This document shows, piece by piece, positions 26,912-35,526 of a DNA stretch of 38,593 nt; position 1 is the stretch's first letter, and every line of letters starts with the position of its first letter. The position numbers and the translations under genes were made by a program. Source of the DNA: a virus (Duplodnaviria; Heunggongvirae; Uroviricota; Caudoviricetes). A model generated the notes under the pieces. That model searched no databases. It was not told the origin of the DNA and saw only the letters and a program-made list of their open reading frames with translations. The DNA lies in the IMG/VR virus record IMGVR_UViG_2778261460_000002; one strand, given 5' to 3'.

Positions 26912-27408
26912 TATTTAGCCCTCACCAGAAAGTTAAATGCAATATTTCGCGGTCTGACAGCAACAAAATTCACACCATCACCCACAGAGTTACTGGTGAA
27001 ATTAAATCGTGAAAATCCTGGCTGATTTCCGGCGATGCCATCATGAAAGTTAATTGCGTGTCCCGCACCTCCGCCTATATTCCCGGCAAACTGAGAAAAG
27101 TTTGTAGCTTCCTGCCAGCTTAATAATTCGCGACCACCGTCTGCACCTCGCCCGTCATCCCAGATACGAATGAAATCACCGCGGGCTTCAGGTAATATCA
27201 GCGAAGGAAACACTTTCGCCAGCACAGGATAATCAGTGGCAGAGAATTTCGCGCCGTTGAACTTCAAAAACACCATACTGGACCAGCTGTCGATTACAGT
27301 ATTTGGCATTGCAGCGGACGGCCAGAAGAACGGAACGCCAATAGCTGGAGCACCTTCTCCCAAACCAACGTTTATGAAAATGCAGAGATAACGGCTAACT
27401 GGCATCAT
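26911..27408 (-). CDS. Alternative tail-fibre C-terminal cassette (H'), promoterless, expressed only after inversion
   Basis: Minus-strand frame open through the right hix-like site; my frame arithmetic shows it joins H in frame after inversion about the 2-bp cores. Confidence 0.55.
   Translation of the reverse strand: MMPVSRYLCIFINVGLGEGAPAIGVPFFWPSAAMPNTVIDSWSSMVFLKFNGAKFSATDYPVLAKVFPSLILPEARGDFIRIWDDGRGADGGRELLSWQEATNFSQFAGNIGGGAGHAINFHDGIAGNQPGFSRFNFTSNSVGDGVNFVAVRPRNIAFNFLVRAK
27355..27380 (+). repeat. hix/gix-like 26-bp recombination site (right, inverted): TTCTCCCAAACC AA CGTTTATGAAAA
   Basis: Reverse complement TTTTCATAAACG TT GGTTTGGGAGAA aligns with the left site at about 21 of 26 positions with the same TT core. 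Confidence 0.55.
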
Positions 27409-27435
27409 CCCCGGTTTTTATTCAGGGGATTGATC

Positions 27436-28002
27436 ATGCTTATTGGCTATGTACGCGTGTCAACAAATGACCAGAACACCGATTTGCAACGTAATGCACT
27501 GAACTGCGCGGGATGTGAGCGGATTTTTGAGGACAAAATCAGTGGCACTAAGTCCGACAGACCGGGGCTGAAAAAACTACTCAGGACACTATCGGCAGGA
27601 GACACGCTGGTTGTCTGGAAGCTGGACAGGTTGGGGCGCAGTATGCGGCATCTTGTTACGCTGATAGAAGAGTTGCGCCAGCGTGGTGTGAATTTCAGAA
27701 GCCTGACTGACAGTATTGATACCAGTACCCCAATGGGCCGTTTCTTTTTTCATGTCATGGGTGCCCTGGCTGAAATGGAACGCGAACTGATAGTTGAACG
27801 TACCAGGGCAGGGCTGGCTGCAGCTCGTGCCAAAGGCAGAGTAGGTGGACGCCGTCCTAAGTTGACCACCGAACAGTGGGCACAGATTGGGCGTTTACTC
27901 GAGGCCGGAGAATCAAGACAGCGTATTGCACTGATTTTTGATGTAGGCGTTTCTACCATTTATAGAAAATTTCCGGCAAATAAGATCAATGAATCCCCCT
28001 GA
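27436..28002 (+). CDS. Serine recombinase, DNA invertase of the Hin/Gin/Cin/Pin family
   Basis: 188-aa product from ATG 27436 (MLIGYVRVSTNDQ...); catalytic serine context YVRVST, C-terminal helix-turn-helix; adjacent to the invertible segment. Confidence 0.85.
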   Translation: MLIGYVRVSTNDQNTDLQRNALNCAGCERIFEDKISGTKSDRPGLKKLLRTLSAGDTLVVWKLDRLGRSMRHLVTLIEELRQRGVNFRSLTDSIDTSTPMGRFFFHVMGALAEMERELIVERTRAGLAAARAKGRVGGRRPKLTTEQWAQIGRLLEAGESRQRIALIFDVGVSTIYRKFPANKINESP

Positions 28003-28050
28003 ATCAGCATTATGTTGATTATCCCTGCAAGCAGACAAATACCGTTATTT

Positions 28051-28068
28051 TGTGTGAATAACGACACA
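28051..28068 (+). promoter_or_regulatory. P2-type late promoter activator site TGT-N12-ACA upstream of FI
   Basis: TGT gtgaataacgac ACA, 77 nt upstream of the FI ATG. Confidence 0.5.
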
Positions 28069-28144
28069 ACTGCGCTTAGCTGTTTGTCAGGCACAATCAC
28101 TTCAACATAGGGCGAAGCCTAATCCAATCAGGAGGTTCGCCACT

Positions 28145-29317
28145 ATGGCTCAGGATTACCACCACGGGGTGCGCGTTGTTGAAGTCAACGAAGGCACCCG
28201 ATCTATTACCACGGTGAGCACCGCCATCGTGGGTATGGTCTGCACGGGCGATGATGCCGATGCAAAAATGTTTCCTCTTAATAAACCCGTGCTGATCACT
28301 GATGTGCTGACTGCCAGCGGTAAAGCGGGTGAGTCAGGTACTCTGGCCCGTTCGCTGGATGCCATCGCTGACCAGGCAAAACCCGTGACCATTGTTGTGC
28401 GTGTGCCGCAGGGTGAAACGGAAGACGAAACCACGACCAATATCATCGGCGCAGTGACCGCTGAAGGTAAAAAAACAGGTATGAAAGCCCTGTTATCTGC
28501 CCAGTCACAGCTCGGCGTTAAACCGCGCATTCTCGGCGTGCCAGGCCACGACACCAAGGCGGTAGCTACTGAGTTGCTGAGCGTGGCGCAAAGCCTGCGT
28601 GGATTTGCTTACCTGTCAGCGTATGGCTGCAAGACAGTGCAGGAGGCGATCACTTACCGCGAAAACTTCAGCCAGCGCGAAGGGATGCTGATCTGGCCTG
28701 ACTTTACTGGCTGGGACACGGTGCTGAATGCCGAAGCAACGGCATATGCCACCGCCCGTGCGCTTGGTCTGCGCGCCAAAATTGACGAGCAGACCGGATG
28801 GCACAAAAGCCTGTCCAACGTGGGCGTGAACGGTGTCACCGGAATTTCTGCAGATGTGTTCTGGGATCTGCAGGACCCGGCAACCGATGCAGGTCTGCTG
28901 AACCAGAACGACGTCACCACGCTTGTGCGTAAAGACGGTTTCCGCTTCTGGGGTTCCCGCTGCCTGAGTGATGACCCGCTCTTTGCCTTCGAAAACTACA
29001 CCCGCACGGCGCAGGTGCTGATGGACACGATGGCAGAAGCACACATGTGGGCGGTGGATAAACCGCTTAACCCGTCGCTGGCCCGCGACATTATCGAAGG
29101 TATCCGCGCCAAAATGCGCAGCCTGGTCAGTCAGGGCTATCTCATTGGTGGTGATTGCTGGCTGGATGAGTCGGTGAACGACAAAGACACGCTGAAAGCC
29201 GGAAAACTCACCATCGACTACGACTACACGCCAGTGCCGCCACTTGAAAACCTGATGCTGCGTCAGCGCATCACCGATCAGTACCTGGTGAATTTCGCCA
29301 GCCAGGTCAGCGCGTAA
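28145..29317 (+). CDS. Tail sheath protein (P2 gpFI-like)
   Basis: 390-aa ORF preceding the tail tube gene. Confidence 0.8.
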   Translation: MAQDYHHGVRVVEVNEGTRSITTVSTAIVGMVCTGDDADAKMFPLNKPVLITDVLTASGKAGESGTLARSLDAIADQAKPVTIVVRVPQGETEDETTTNIIGAVTAEGKKTGMKALLSAQSQLGVKPRILGVPGHDTKAVATELLSVAQSLRGFAYLSAYGCKTVQEAITYRENFSQREGMLIWPDFTGWDTVLNAEATAYATARALGLRAKIDEQTGWHKSLSNVGVNGVTGISADVFWDLQDPATDAGLLNQNDVTTLVRKDGFRFWGSRCLSDDPLFAFENYTRTAQVLMDTMAEAHMWAVDKPLNPSLARDIIEGIRAKMRSLVSQGYLIGGDCWLDESVNDKDTLKAGKLTIDYDYTPVPPLENLMLRQRITDQYLVNFASQVSA

Positions 29318-29326
29318 GGGGACAAC

Positions 29327-29842
29327 ATGGCTTTACCACGCAAATTAAAACACCTGAACCTGTTTAACGACGGGAACAACTGGCAGGGGATCGTTGAGTC
29401 GCTGACGCTGCCGAAATTTACCCGCAAATATGAGAAGTATCGCGGCGGCGGAATGCCGGGTGCGGTGGATGTGGATCTGGGGCTTGATGACAGTGCGCTG
29501 GACACAGAATTTTCCATTGGTGGTACTGAATTGCTGCTGTTTAAACAGATGGGTAAAGCCACGGTGGATGGCATCCAGCTGCGCTTTACCGGCTCTATTC
29601 AGCGTGACGATACCGGGGAAGTGCAGGCCGTGGAGCTTGTCGTGCGTGGACGTCACAAAGAAGTGGATTCCGGCGAGTGGAAGACGGGCGAAAGCAACAC
29701 GACCAAAGTGACCAGTACCAACAGCTACGCGAAGCTGACCATCAATGGTGAGGTGCTCTATGAAGTGGACCTTATCAACATGGTGGAAATTGTGGACGGT
29801 GTGGACCTGATGGAAGCGCACCGCAACGCCCTCGGCCTCTGA
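29327..29842 (+). CDS. Tail tube protein (P2 gpFII-like)
   Basis: 171-aa ORF after the sheath gene. Confidence 0.8.
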   Translation: MALPRKLKHLNLFNDGNNWQGIVESLTLPKFTRKYEKYRGGGMPGAVDVDLGLDDSALDTEFSIGGTELLLFKQMGKATVDGIQLRFTGSIQRDDTGEVQAVELVVRGRHKEVDSGEWKTGESNTTKVTSTNSYAKLTINGEVLYEVDLINMVEIVDGVDLMEAHRNALGL

Positions 29843-29896
29843 TATATCTGAACGGCGCGGGATACCGCGCCAGAACCCAATTGACAGGACAGTAAA

Positions 29897-30199
29897 ATGA
29901 GCGATAAGCAGACTGAAAAGACTATTCAACTGGATACCCCCATCAAGCGCGGTAAAACAGAAATCACCGAAATTGTGCTGCGTAAACCGCAGTCTGGTGC
30001 GCTACGCGGTACACGCCTGCAGGCCATTATGGATATGGATGTGAACGCGATGATGACCGTGATCCCCCGCATCTCCAGCCCGGCACTGACTGCACAGGAA
30101 ATTGCAGAGATGGACCCGGCAGATCTCACTGCCATGTCGGTTGAGGTTGTCACTTTTTTGTTGAAGAAGTCGGTGCTTGCCGGTTTACCGACAGCCTGA
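29897..30199 (+). CDS. Tail assembly chaperone E
   Basis: 100-aa ORF containing the TTTTTTG slippery heptamer near its 3' end. Confidence 0.7.
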   Translation: MSDKQTEKTIQLDTPIKRGKTEITEIVLRKPQSGALRGTRLQAIMDMDVNAMMTVIPRISSPALTAQEIAEMDPADLTAMSVEVVTFLLKKSVLAGLPTA

Positions 30200-30333
30200 C
30201 GGTTGACGATCTGGTGGCAGATATCGCCACCATTTTTCACTGGCCGCCATCCGTTACTGACGTTATGCCGCTGACCGAAGTGCTGGAATGGCGGTATAAA
30301 GCGATTCAGAGAAGCGGGGCCAACGATGAGTGA
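29897..30333 (+). CDS. E+E' fusion produced by programmed -1 ribosomal frameshift at TTTTTTG (30154-30160)
   Basis: After a -1 slip at the heptamer the -1 frame stays open for 58 codons (FVEEVGACRFTDSL...LEWRYKAIQRSGANDE) and stops at 30331-30333, overlapping the T start at 30326. Confidence 0.6.
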
Positions 30334-33300
30334 TAACAACCTGCGTCTGCAGGTCATTCTTAATGCGGTTGACAAACTCACCCGCCCATTCCGTGCTGCA
30401 CAGGCCAGTTCGAAAGAGCTGGCTGGCGCAATTCAGAATACCAGAAACAGCCTCAAAGAACTGAATAAGCAGGCTGGCAGAATTGATGAGTTTCGCAAGA
30501 CGCGCTCGCAACTAGCCATAACAGCCAACAACCTGAACGCAGCCCGCGAAGAGGCGGCAAAACTCGCCACACAATTTGCTGCCACTAACAGGCCAACCGC
30601 CGCGCAGGCAAAGTTATTCAGTCAGGCCAAAACACGAGTACAGGAACTTCAGCAGACCTATAACGGCTTGGTGGGGGCGGTCCAGAGACAACGTCAGGCA
30701 CTTAAAGAATCAGGGATTGATACCAGGCAACTCAGTAGTGCCCAGCGAGAACTTAAGAAAAATGCTGAAGAAACAAGGCAGGCACTGGAGGGCCAGCAAA
30801 AAGCACTTAAACGTCTGGGTGAACAACAGGCACGGATGAACGCTGCCAGAGAACAATACTCAAGACGGCTTGAAGTGCGCGATCGTATCGCAGGAGCCGG
30901 AGCCACCACCACGGCTGCAGGGCTGGCAATGGGCGCGCCAGTGATGGCGGCGGTAAAAAGCTATACCAGCATGGAAGATGCCATGAAAGGTGTGGCAAAG
31001 CAGGTCAATGGTCTGCGTGACGATAATGGCAACCGCACTGCGCGTTTTTACGAAATGCAGGATGCCATCAAGGCTGCCAGCGAACAGTTGCCGATGGAAA
31101 ACGGTGCGGTGGACTTCGCTGCACTGGTTGAAGGTGGTGCGCGCATGAACGTGGCAAACCCTGACGACAGCTGGGAAGACCAGAAACGTGACCTGCTGGC
31201 CTTCGCCAGTACGGCAGCAAAGGCGGCAACAGCCTTTGAGCTGCCAGCGGATGAACTGTCAGAAAGTCTGGGGAAAATCGCCCAGCTCTACAAAATACCT
31301 ACCCGCAATATTGAACAGCTCGGCGATGCGCTGAACTATCTGGATGATAACGCCATGTCGAAAGGGGCGGACATCATTGATGTGATGCAACGTCTGGGCG
31401 GTGTGGCTGACCGTCTGGATTATCGTAAAGCGGCGGCACTGGGTTCCACCTTTCTGACACTGGGCGCTGCGCCGGAGGTTGCAGCCAGTGCAGCAAACGC
31501 GATGGTGCGTGAATTGTCCATTGCCACCATGCAAAGCAAGAGTTTCTTTGAAGGGATGAATCTGCTGAAACTCAATCCTGAAGTGATTGAAAAGCAGATG
31601 ACGAAGGATGCGATGGGAACCATCCAGCGTGTACTGGAGAAGGTGAACGCACTGCCGCAGGACAAGCGTCTGTCTGCCATGACCATGTTGTTTGGTAAAG
31701 AGTTTGGCGATGACGCGGCGAAACTGGCAAACAACCTGCCGGAACTACAGCGCCAGCTAAAACTGACAGCGGGCAATGATGCGCTCGGTTCGATGCAGAA
31801 AGAATCCGACATCAACAAAGACTCACTTTCTGCTCAGTGGTTGCTGGTCAAAACCGGAGCGCAGAACACCTTCAGCAGCCTGGGCGAAACGCTGCGCCAG
31901 CCGCTGATGGATATTCTGTACACGGTGAAAAGCGTCACGGGGGCGTTGCGTCGCTGGGTGGAAGCTAACCCGGAACTGACAGGCACACTGATGAAAGTAG
32001 CGGCTGTTGTGGCTGCGGTTACCGTAGGCCTCGGCACCTTAGCGGTGGCGCTGGCTGCAGTGCTGGGGCCGCTGGCAGTGATCCGTCTGGGATTCTCTGT
32101 GCTGGGTATCAAAACGTTACCTTCCGTTACGGCAGCAGTAACCCGAACCAACAACGCGGTGTCCTGGCTGGCAGGCGCACCACTGGCAGTGCTGCGACGC
32201 GGGCTTGCTTCATCGGGTAACGCAGCGGGTTTACTTACTGCGCCGTTGTCGTCTTTGCGCCGTACGGCATCACTGACGGGAAATGTCCTGAAAACTGTAG
32301 CAGGTGCGCCGGTTGCACTATTGCGGTCTGGATTATCCGGTTTACGTGCTGTTGCTGTGATGTTTGTGAATCCTCTGGCGGTACTGCGCGGTGGACTGGC
32401 TGCCGCAGGCGTGGTGCTTCGTGTGCTGGCATCCGGTCCGCTGGCGATGCTGCGCGTTGCCCTGTATGCCATATCTGGTCTGTTAGGTGCTCTGCTCAGT
32501 CCGATAGGTCTTGTGGTTACTGCACTGGCGGGCGTGGCGCTGGTTGTCTGGAAATACTGGCAACCCATCACCGCATTTCTCGGTGGCGTGGTGGAAGGAT
32601 TCAAAGCGGCGGCAGGTCCCATCAGTGCCGCATTCGAACCACTTAAGCCCGTGTTTCAGTGGATTGGTGACAAAGTGCAGGCTCTGTGGGGCTGGTTTAC
32701 TGATCTGCTGACGCCCGTTAAGTCGACCTCTGTCGAACTGCAGAGCGCAGCGGCAATGGGGCGACGATTCGGGGAGGCACTGGCGGAAGGGCTGAATATG
32801 GTCATGCATCCGCTGGACTCCCTGAAATCCGGCGTTTCCTGGTTGCTGGAGAAACTCGGCATTATCAGTAAAGAGGCTGCAAAGGCGAAACTGCCGGAAA
32901 GCGTGACGCGTCAGCAACCCGCAACAGTGAATGCAGACGGCAAAGTGATGATGCCATCAGGTGGTTTTCCGTCATGGGGATATGGCTTTGCGGGGATGTA
33001 TGACAGCGGCGGGTATATCCCGCGCGGGCAGTTTGGCATCGTCGGTGAAAACGGGCCGGAAATTGTTAACGGCCCGGCAAATGTGACCAGCCGGAGAAAT
33101 ACAGCTGCACTGGCTGCCGTTGTTGCCGGAATGATGGGCGTTGCTGCCGCGCCAGTAGAGCTTCCACCGTTGCATCCTTTGGCGCTTCCCGCGAAAGGCG
33201 GTGAAGCGATGGTGAGTCGCGCAGCTGCTGTGCCGCCCGTTCAACGGATTGAGGCACCGACGCAGATCATCATTCAGACGCAGCCAGGACAAAGTGCGCA

Positions 33301-33403
33301 GGATATTGCGCGGGAGGTGGCCCGCCAGCTTGATGAACGTGAACGCAGGCTGAAGGCAAAAGCCAGGAGTAACTACAGCGATCAGGGGGGATACGACGCA
33401 TGA
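30326..33403 (+). CDS. Tail tape measure protein (P2 gpT-like)
   Basis: 1025-aa ORF with coiled-coil N-terminal half and Gly/Ala-rich hydrophobic central region. Confidence 0.85.
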   Translation: MSDNNLRLQVILNAVDKLTRPFRAAQASSKELAGAIQNTRNSLKELNKQAGRIDEFRKTRSQLAITANNLNAAREEAAKLATQFAATNRPTAAQAKLFSQAKTRVQELQQTYNGLVGAVQRQRQALKESGIDTRQLSSAQRELKKNAEETRQALEGQQKALKRLGEQQARMNAAREQYSRRLEVRDRIAGAGATTTAAGLAMGAPVMAAVKSYTSMEDAMKGVAKQVNGLRDDNGNRTARFYEMQDAIKAASEQLPMENGAVDFAALVEGGARMNVANPDDSWEDQKRDLLAFASTAAKAATAFELPADELSESLGKIAQLYKIPTRNIEQLGDALNYLDDNAMSKGADIIDVMQRLGGVADRLDYRKAAALGSTFLTLGAAPEVAASAANAMVRELSIATMQSKSFFEGMNLLKLNPEVIEKQMTKDAMGTIQRVLEKVNALPQDKRLSAMTMLFGKEFGDDAAKLANNLPELQRQLKLTAGNDALGSMQKESDINKDSLSAQWLLVKTGAQNTFSSLGETLRQPLMDILYTVKSVTGALRRWVEANPELTGTLMKVAAVVAAVTVGLGTLAVALAAVLGPLAVIRLGFSVLGIKTLPSVTAAVTRTNNAVSWLAGAPLAVLRRGLASSGNAAGLLTAPLSSLRRTASLTGNVLKTVAGAPVALLRSGLSGLRAVAVMFVNPLAVLRGGLAAAGVVLRVLASGPLAMLRVALYAISGLLGALLSPIGLVVTALAGVALVVWKYWQPITAFLGGVVEGFKAAAGPISAAFEPLKPVFQWIGDKVQALWGWFTDLLTPVKSTSVELQSAAAMGRRFGEALAEGLNMVMHPLDSLKSGVSWLLEKLGIISKEAAKAKLPESVTRQQPATVNADGKVMMPSGGFPSWGYGFAGMYDSGGYIPRGQFGIVGENGPEIVNGPANVTSRRNTAALAAVVAGMMGVAAAPVELPPLHPLALPAKGGEAMVSRAAAVPPVQRIEAPTQIIIQTQPGQSAQDIAREVARQLDERERRLKAKARSNYSDQGGYDA

Positions 33404-33885
33404 TGATGGTGCTGGGATTGTACGTGTTTATGCTGCGCACCGTGCCGTATCAGGAGCTGCAGTACCAGCGCAGCTGGCGACATGCGGCTAACAGCCGGGT
33501 TAACCGACGCCCGTCAACGCAGTTTCTGGGACCGGACAATGACATGCTGACGCTTTCTGGTGTTCTTATGCCGGAGATAACAGGCGGCAGGCTGTCGTTG
33601 CTGGCACTGGAGCAGATGGCGGAACAGGGGAAAGCATGGCCTCTGATTGAAGGCAGCGGCACGATTTACGGCATGTATGTGATTGAGGGACTGAATCAGA
33701 CTAAAACGGAGTTTTTCCGCGACGGTATGCCGCGCCGGATTGAGTTCACCCTGTCGCTCAAACGGGTGGATGAATCCCTGTCCGATATGTTCGGTGATCT
33801 CAGTACGCAACTGAATAATCTGCAGGACACGGCAACATCTGCCTTAAGTGATATCAGTAAAACGGTGGGAGGGCTGCTGTCGTGA
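33400..33885 (+). CDS. Tail protein U
   Basis: 161-aa ORF after the tape measure gene. Confidence 0.7.
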   Translation: MMMVLGLYVFMLRTVPYQELQYQRSWRHAANSRVNRRPSTQFLGPDNDMLTLSGVLMPEITGGRLSLLALEQMAEQGKAWPLIEGSGTIYGMYVIEGLNQTKTEFFRDGMPRRIEFTLSLKRVDESLSDMFGDLSTQLNNLQDTATSALSDISKTVGGLLS

Positions 33886-34982
33886 ATTTCAGCTCTGAAC
33901 TGCTTAACAAAGGCAACAAAACTCCGGCATTCAGCATCAGTATTGAGGGCAGGGATATCACCACTGTGCTGGACAACCGCCTGATGGGGCTGACGTTGAC
34001 GGATAACCGGGGCTTTGAAGCAGACCAGCTTGATCTGGAACTGGACGACGCCGACAGAAAAATCGCGCTGCCGCGCCGTGGTGCGGTCATTACGCTGGCG
34101 CTGGGCTGGAAGGGGCAGCCGCTTTTCCCGAAAGGGGCATTCACGGTGGACGAGATTGAACACACTGGCGCGCCGGATCGCCTGACTATCCGGGCGCGAA
34201 GTGCTGATTTTCGTGAAACGCTGAATACCCGCCGTGAAAAGTCGTGGCACAAGACCACAGTCGGGGAAGTGGTGAAGGAAATAGCCGCGCGGCACAAACT
34301 GAAGATGGCACTGGGTAAAGACCTGTCGAATAAACCCGTGGATCATATAGACCAGACCAATGAAAGTGACGGCAGTTTTTTGATGCGGCTGGCGCGCCAG
34401 TACGGTGCTATTGCGTCGGTGAAAAATGGCAATCTGTTATTCATTCGGCAGGGACAGGGCAAAAGCGCCAGCGGTAAACCACTACCGGTTATCACTATCA
34501 CACGCAAGGACGGCGACAGTCACCGCTTTACCCTGGCAGATCGCGGAGCCTACACGGGCGTAATTGCCAGCTGGTTGCATACCCGCGAACCCGAGAAGAA
34601 AGAAAGCACCACGGTGAAGCGTAAGCGCAGGACTAAGAAGCAGAAGAAAGAGCCGGAAGCGAAGCAGGGCGATTACCTGGTGGGTACGGATGAAAATGTG
34701 CTGGTACTTAATCGCACTTATGCCAACCGGAGCAACGCCGAACGAGCGGCGAAAATGCAGTGGGAACGCCTGCAACGCGGCGTTGCGTCATTCTCGCTAC
34801 AACTGGCAGAAGGTCGGGCAGATCTCTACACGGAAATGCCTGTGAAGGTCAGTGGCTTTAAACAGCCGATAGATGATGCGGAATGGACCATTACCACCCT
34901 GACGCATACTGTCAGCCCGGATAACGGTTTTACGACCAGTCTGGAGCTTGAAGTGAAGATTGATGATTTCGAAATTGAATGA
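33882..34982 (+). CDS. Tail protein D (late control gene D)
   Basis: 366-aa ORF, last tail gene before ogr. Confidence 0.75.
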   Translation: MNFSSELLNKGNKTPAFSISIEGRDITTVLDNRLMGLTLTDNRGFEADQLDLELDDADRKIALPRRGAVITLALGWKGQPLFPKGAFTVDEIEHTGAPDRLTIRARSADFRETLNTRREKSWHKTTVGEVVKEIAARHKLKMALGKDLSNKPVDHIDQTNESDGSFLMRLARQYGAIASVKNGNLLFIRQGQGKSASGKPLPVITITRKDGDSHRFTLADRGAYTGVIASWLHTREPEKKESTTVKRKRRTKKQKKEPEAKQGDYLVGTDENVLVLNRTYANRSNAERAAKMQWERLQRGVASFSLQLAEGRADLYTEMPVKVSGFKQPIDDAEWTITTLTHTVSPDNGFTTSLELEVKIDDFEIE

Positions 34983-35072
34983 TTCTTCGCAATGGAGAAC
35001 TTTTAAGTTTTCAAAATGGAATAATGCGGTATCATTATTGTGAATTTAGCAAAAATGGGGAGAACTCGAAAA

Positions 35073-35291
35073 ATGATGATTTGCCCACTGTGTGGAAGTG
35101 CCGCCCATACTCGCAGCAGTTTTCAGGTATCTTCATTGACCAAAGAGCGTTACAACCAGTGCCAGAACATTAACTGCAGCCATACTTTTGTTACCCATGA
35201 AACTTTTGTTCGTTCGATTGCAACGCCAAAAGAGTCAAATCCGGTTCAGCCGCATCCAATGAAATCAGGACAGGTGGCGCTCTCTCTTTGA
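35073..35291 (+). CDS. ogr: Ogr/Delta-family zinc-finger late transcription activator
   Basis: 72-aa product MMICPLCGSAAHTRSS...QCQNINCSHTF with the Cys4 zinc finger (CPLC ... CQNINC) characteristic of P2 Ogr; terminal phage gene. Confidence 0.8.
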   Translation: MMICPLCGSAAHTRSSFQVSSLTKERYNQCQNINCSHTFVTHETFVRSIATPKESNPVQPHPMKSGQVALSL

Positions 35292-35370
35292 CTCTGCCGC
35301 CAATTTGTCGCCATCGTTAAAAAACACTGCTTCTAACATCATGATTTTAAAAGGCATAAATTTCAGGCAA

Positions 35371-35414
35371 CAAAAAACCCATCAACCTTGAACCGAAATG
35401 GCGGGGTTGATGGG
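35371..35414 (-). terminator. Rho-independent terminator for ybjL (stem cccatcaacc/ggttgatggg then U-run on the minus strand)
   Basis: 10-bp perfect inverted repeat; minus-strand transcript ends with UUUUUUG; about 115 nt downstream of the ybjL stop. Confidence 0.5.
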
Positions 35415-35526
35415 CTCCACAAAATGGGGACATCAAAGAAAAGCAGTGGCACTAATTAAGACTGATGCCCTGCGGAAAAGTTCTGCGGTTGTGCAAAAAA
35501 ATTTCATTTTCAGGGCAACTTCAGTT

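Larger units (their letters stand above)
25609..27380. other. Invertible tail-fibre host-range segment (Mu G / P1 C-like), about 1.77 kb
   Basis: Bounded by inverted hix-like sites; contains the H C-terminus plus tfa on the plus strand and an alternative C-terminus plus tfa on the minus strand; invertase gene adjacent. Confidence 0.6.
1..35330. mobile_element. P2-family (phage 186-like) prophage, nearly complete; left attachment site lies upstream of the window start, right junction somewhere between the ogr stop and the ybjL terminator
   Basis: Collinear P2/186 gene order from integrase to ogr recognised from the translated ORFs, followed by E. coli core genes. Right boundary is approximate because the second att copy is not in the window. 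Confidence 0.85.

Noticed and set aside
27430-28002. Invertase as stand-alone defence cargo or a mobile-element recombinase
   Set aside because: Inverted hix-like sites and duplicated tail-fibre C-terminus/assembly cassettes next to it explain it fully as the tail-fibre inversion recombinase; no transposon ends seen.
31834-32622. 262-aa minus-strand ORF rich in Ala/Thr/Pro/Ser
   Set aside because: Antisense to the tape-measure gene in its GC-rich Gly/Ala region; low-complexity composition is a by-product of the sense-strand codon bias.
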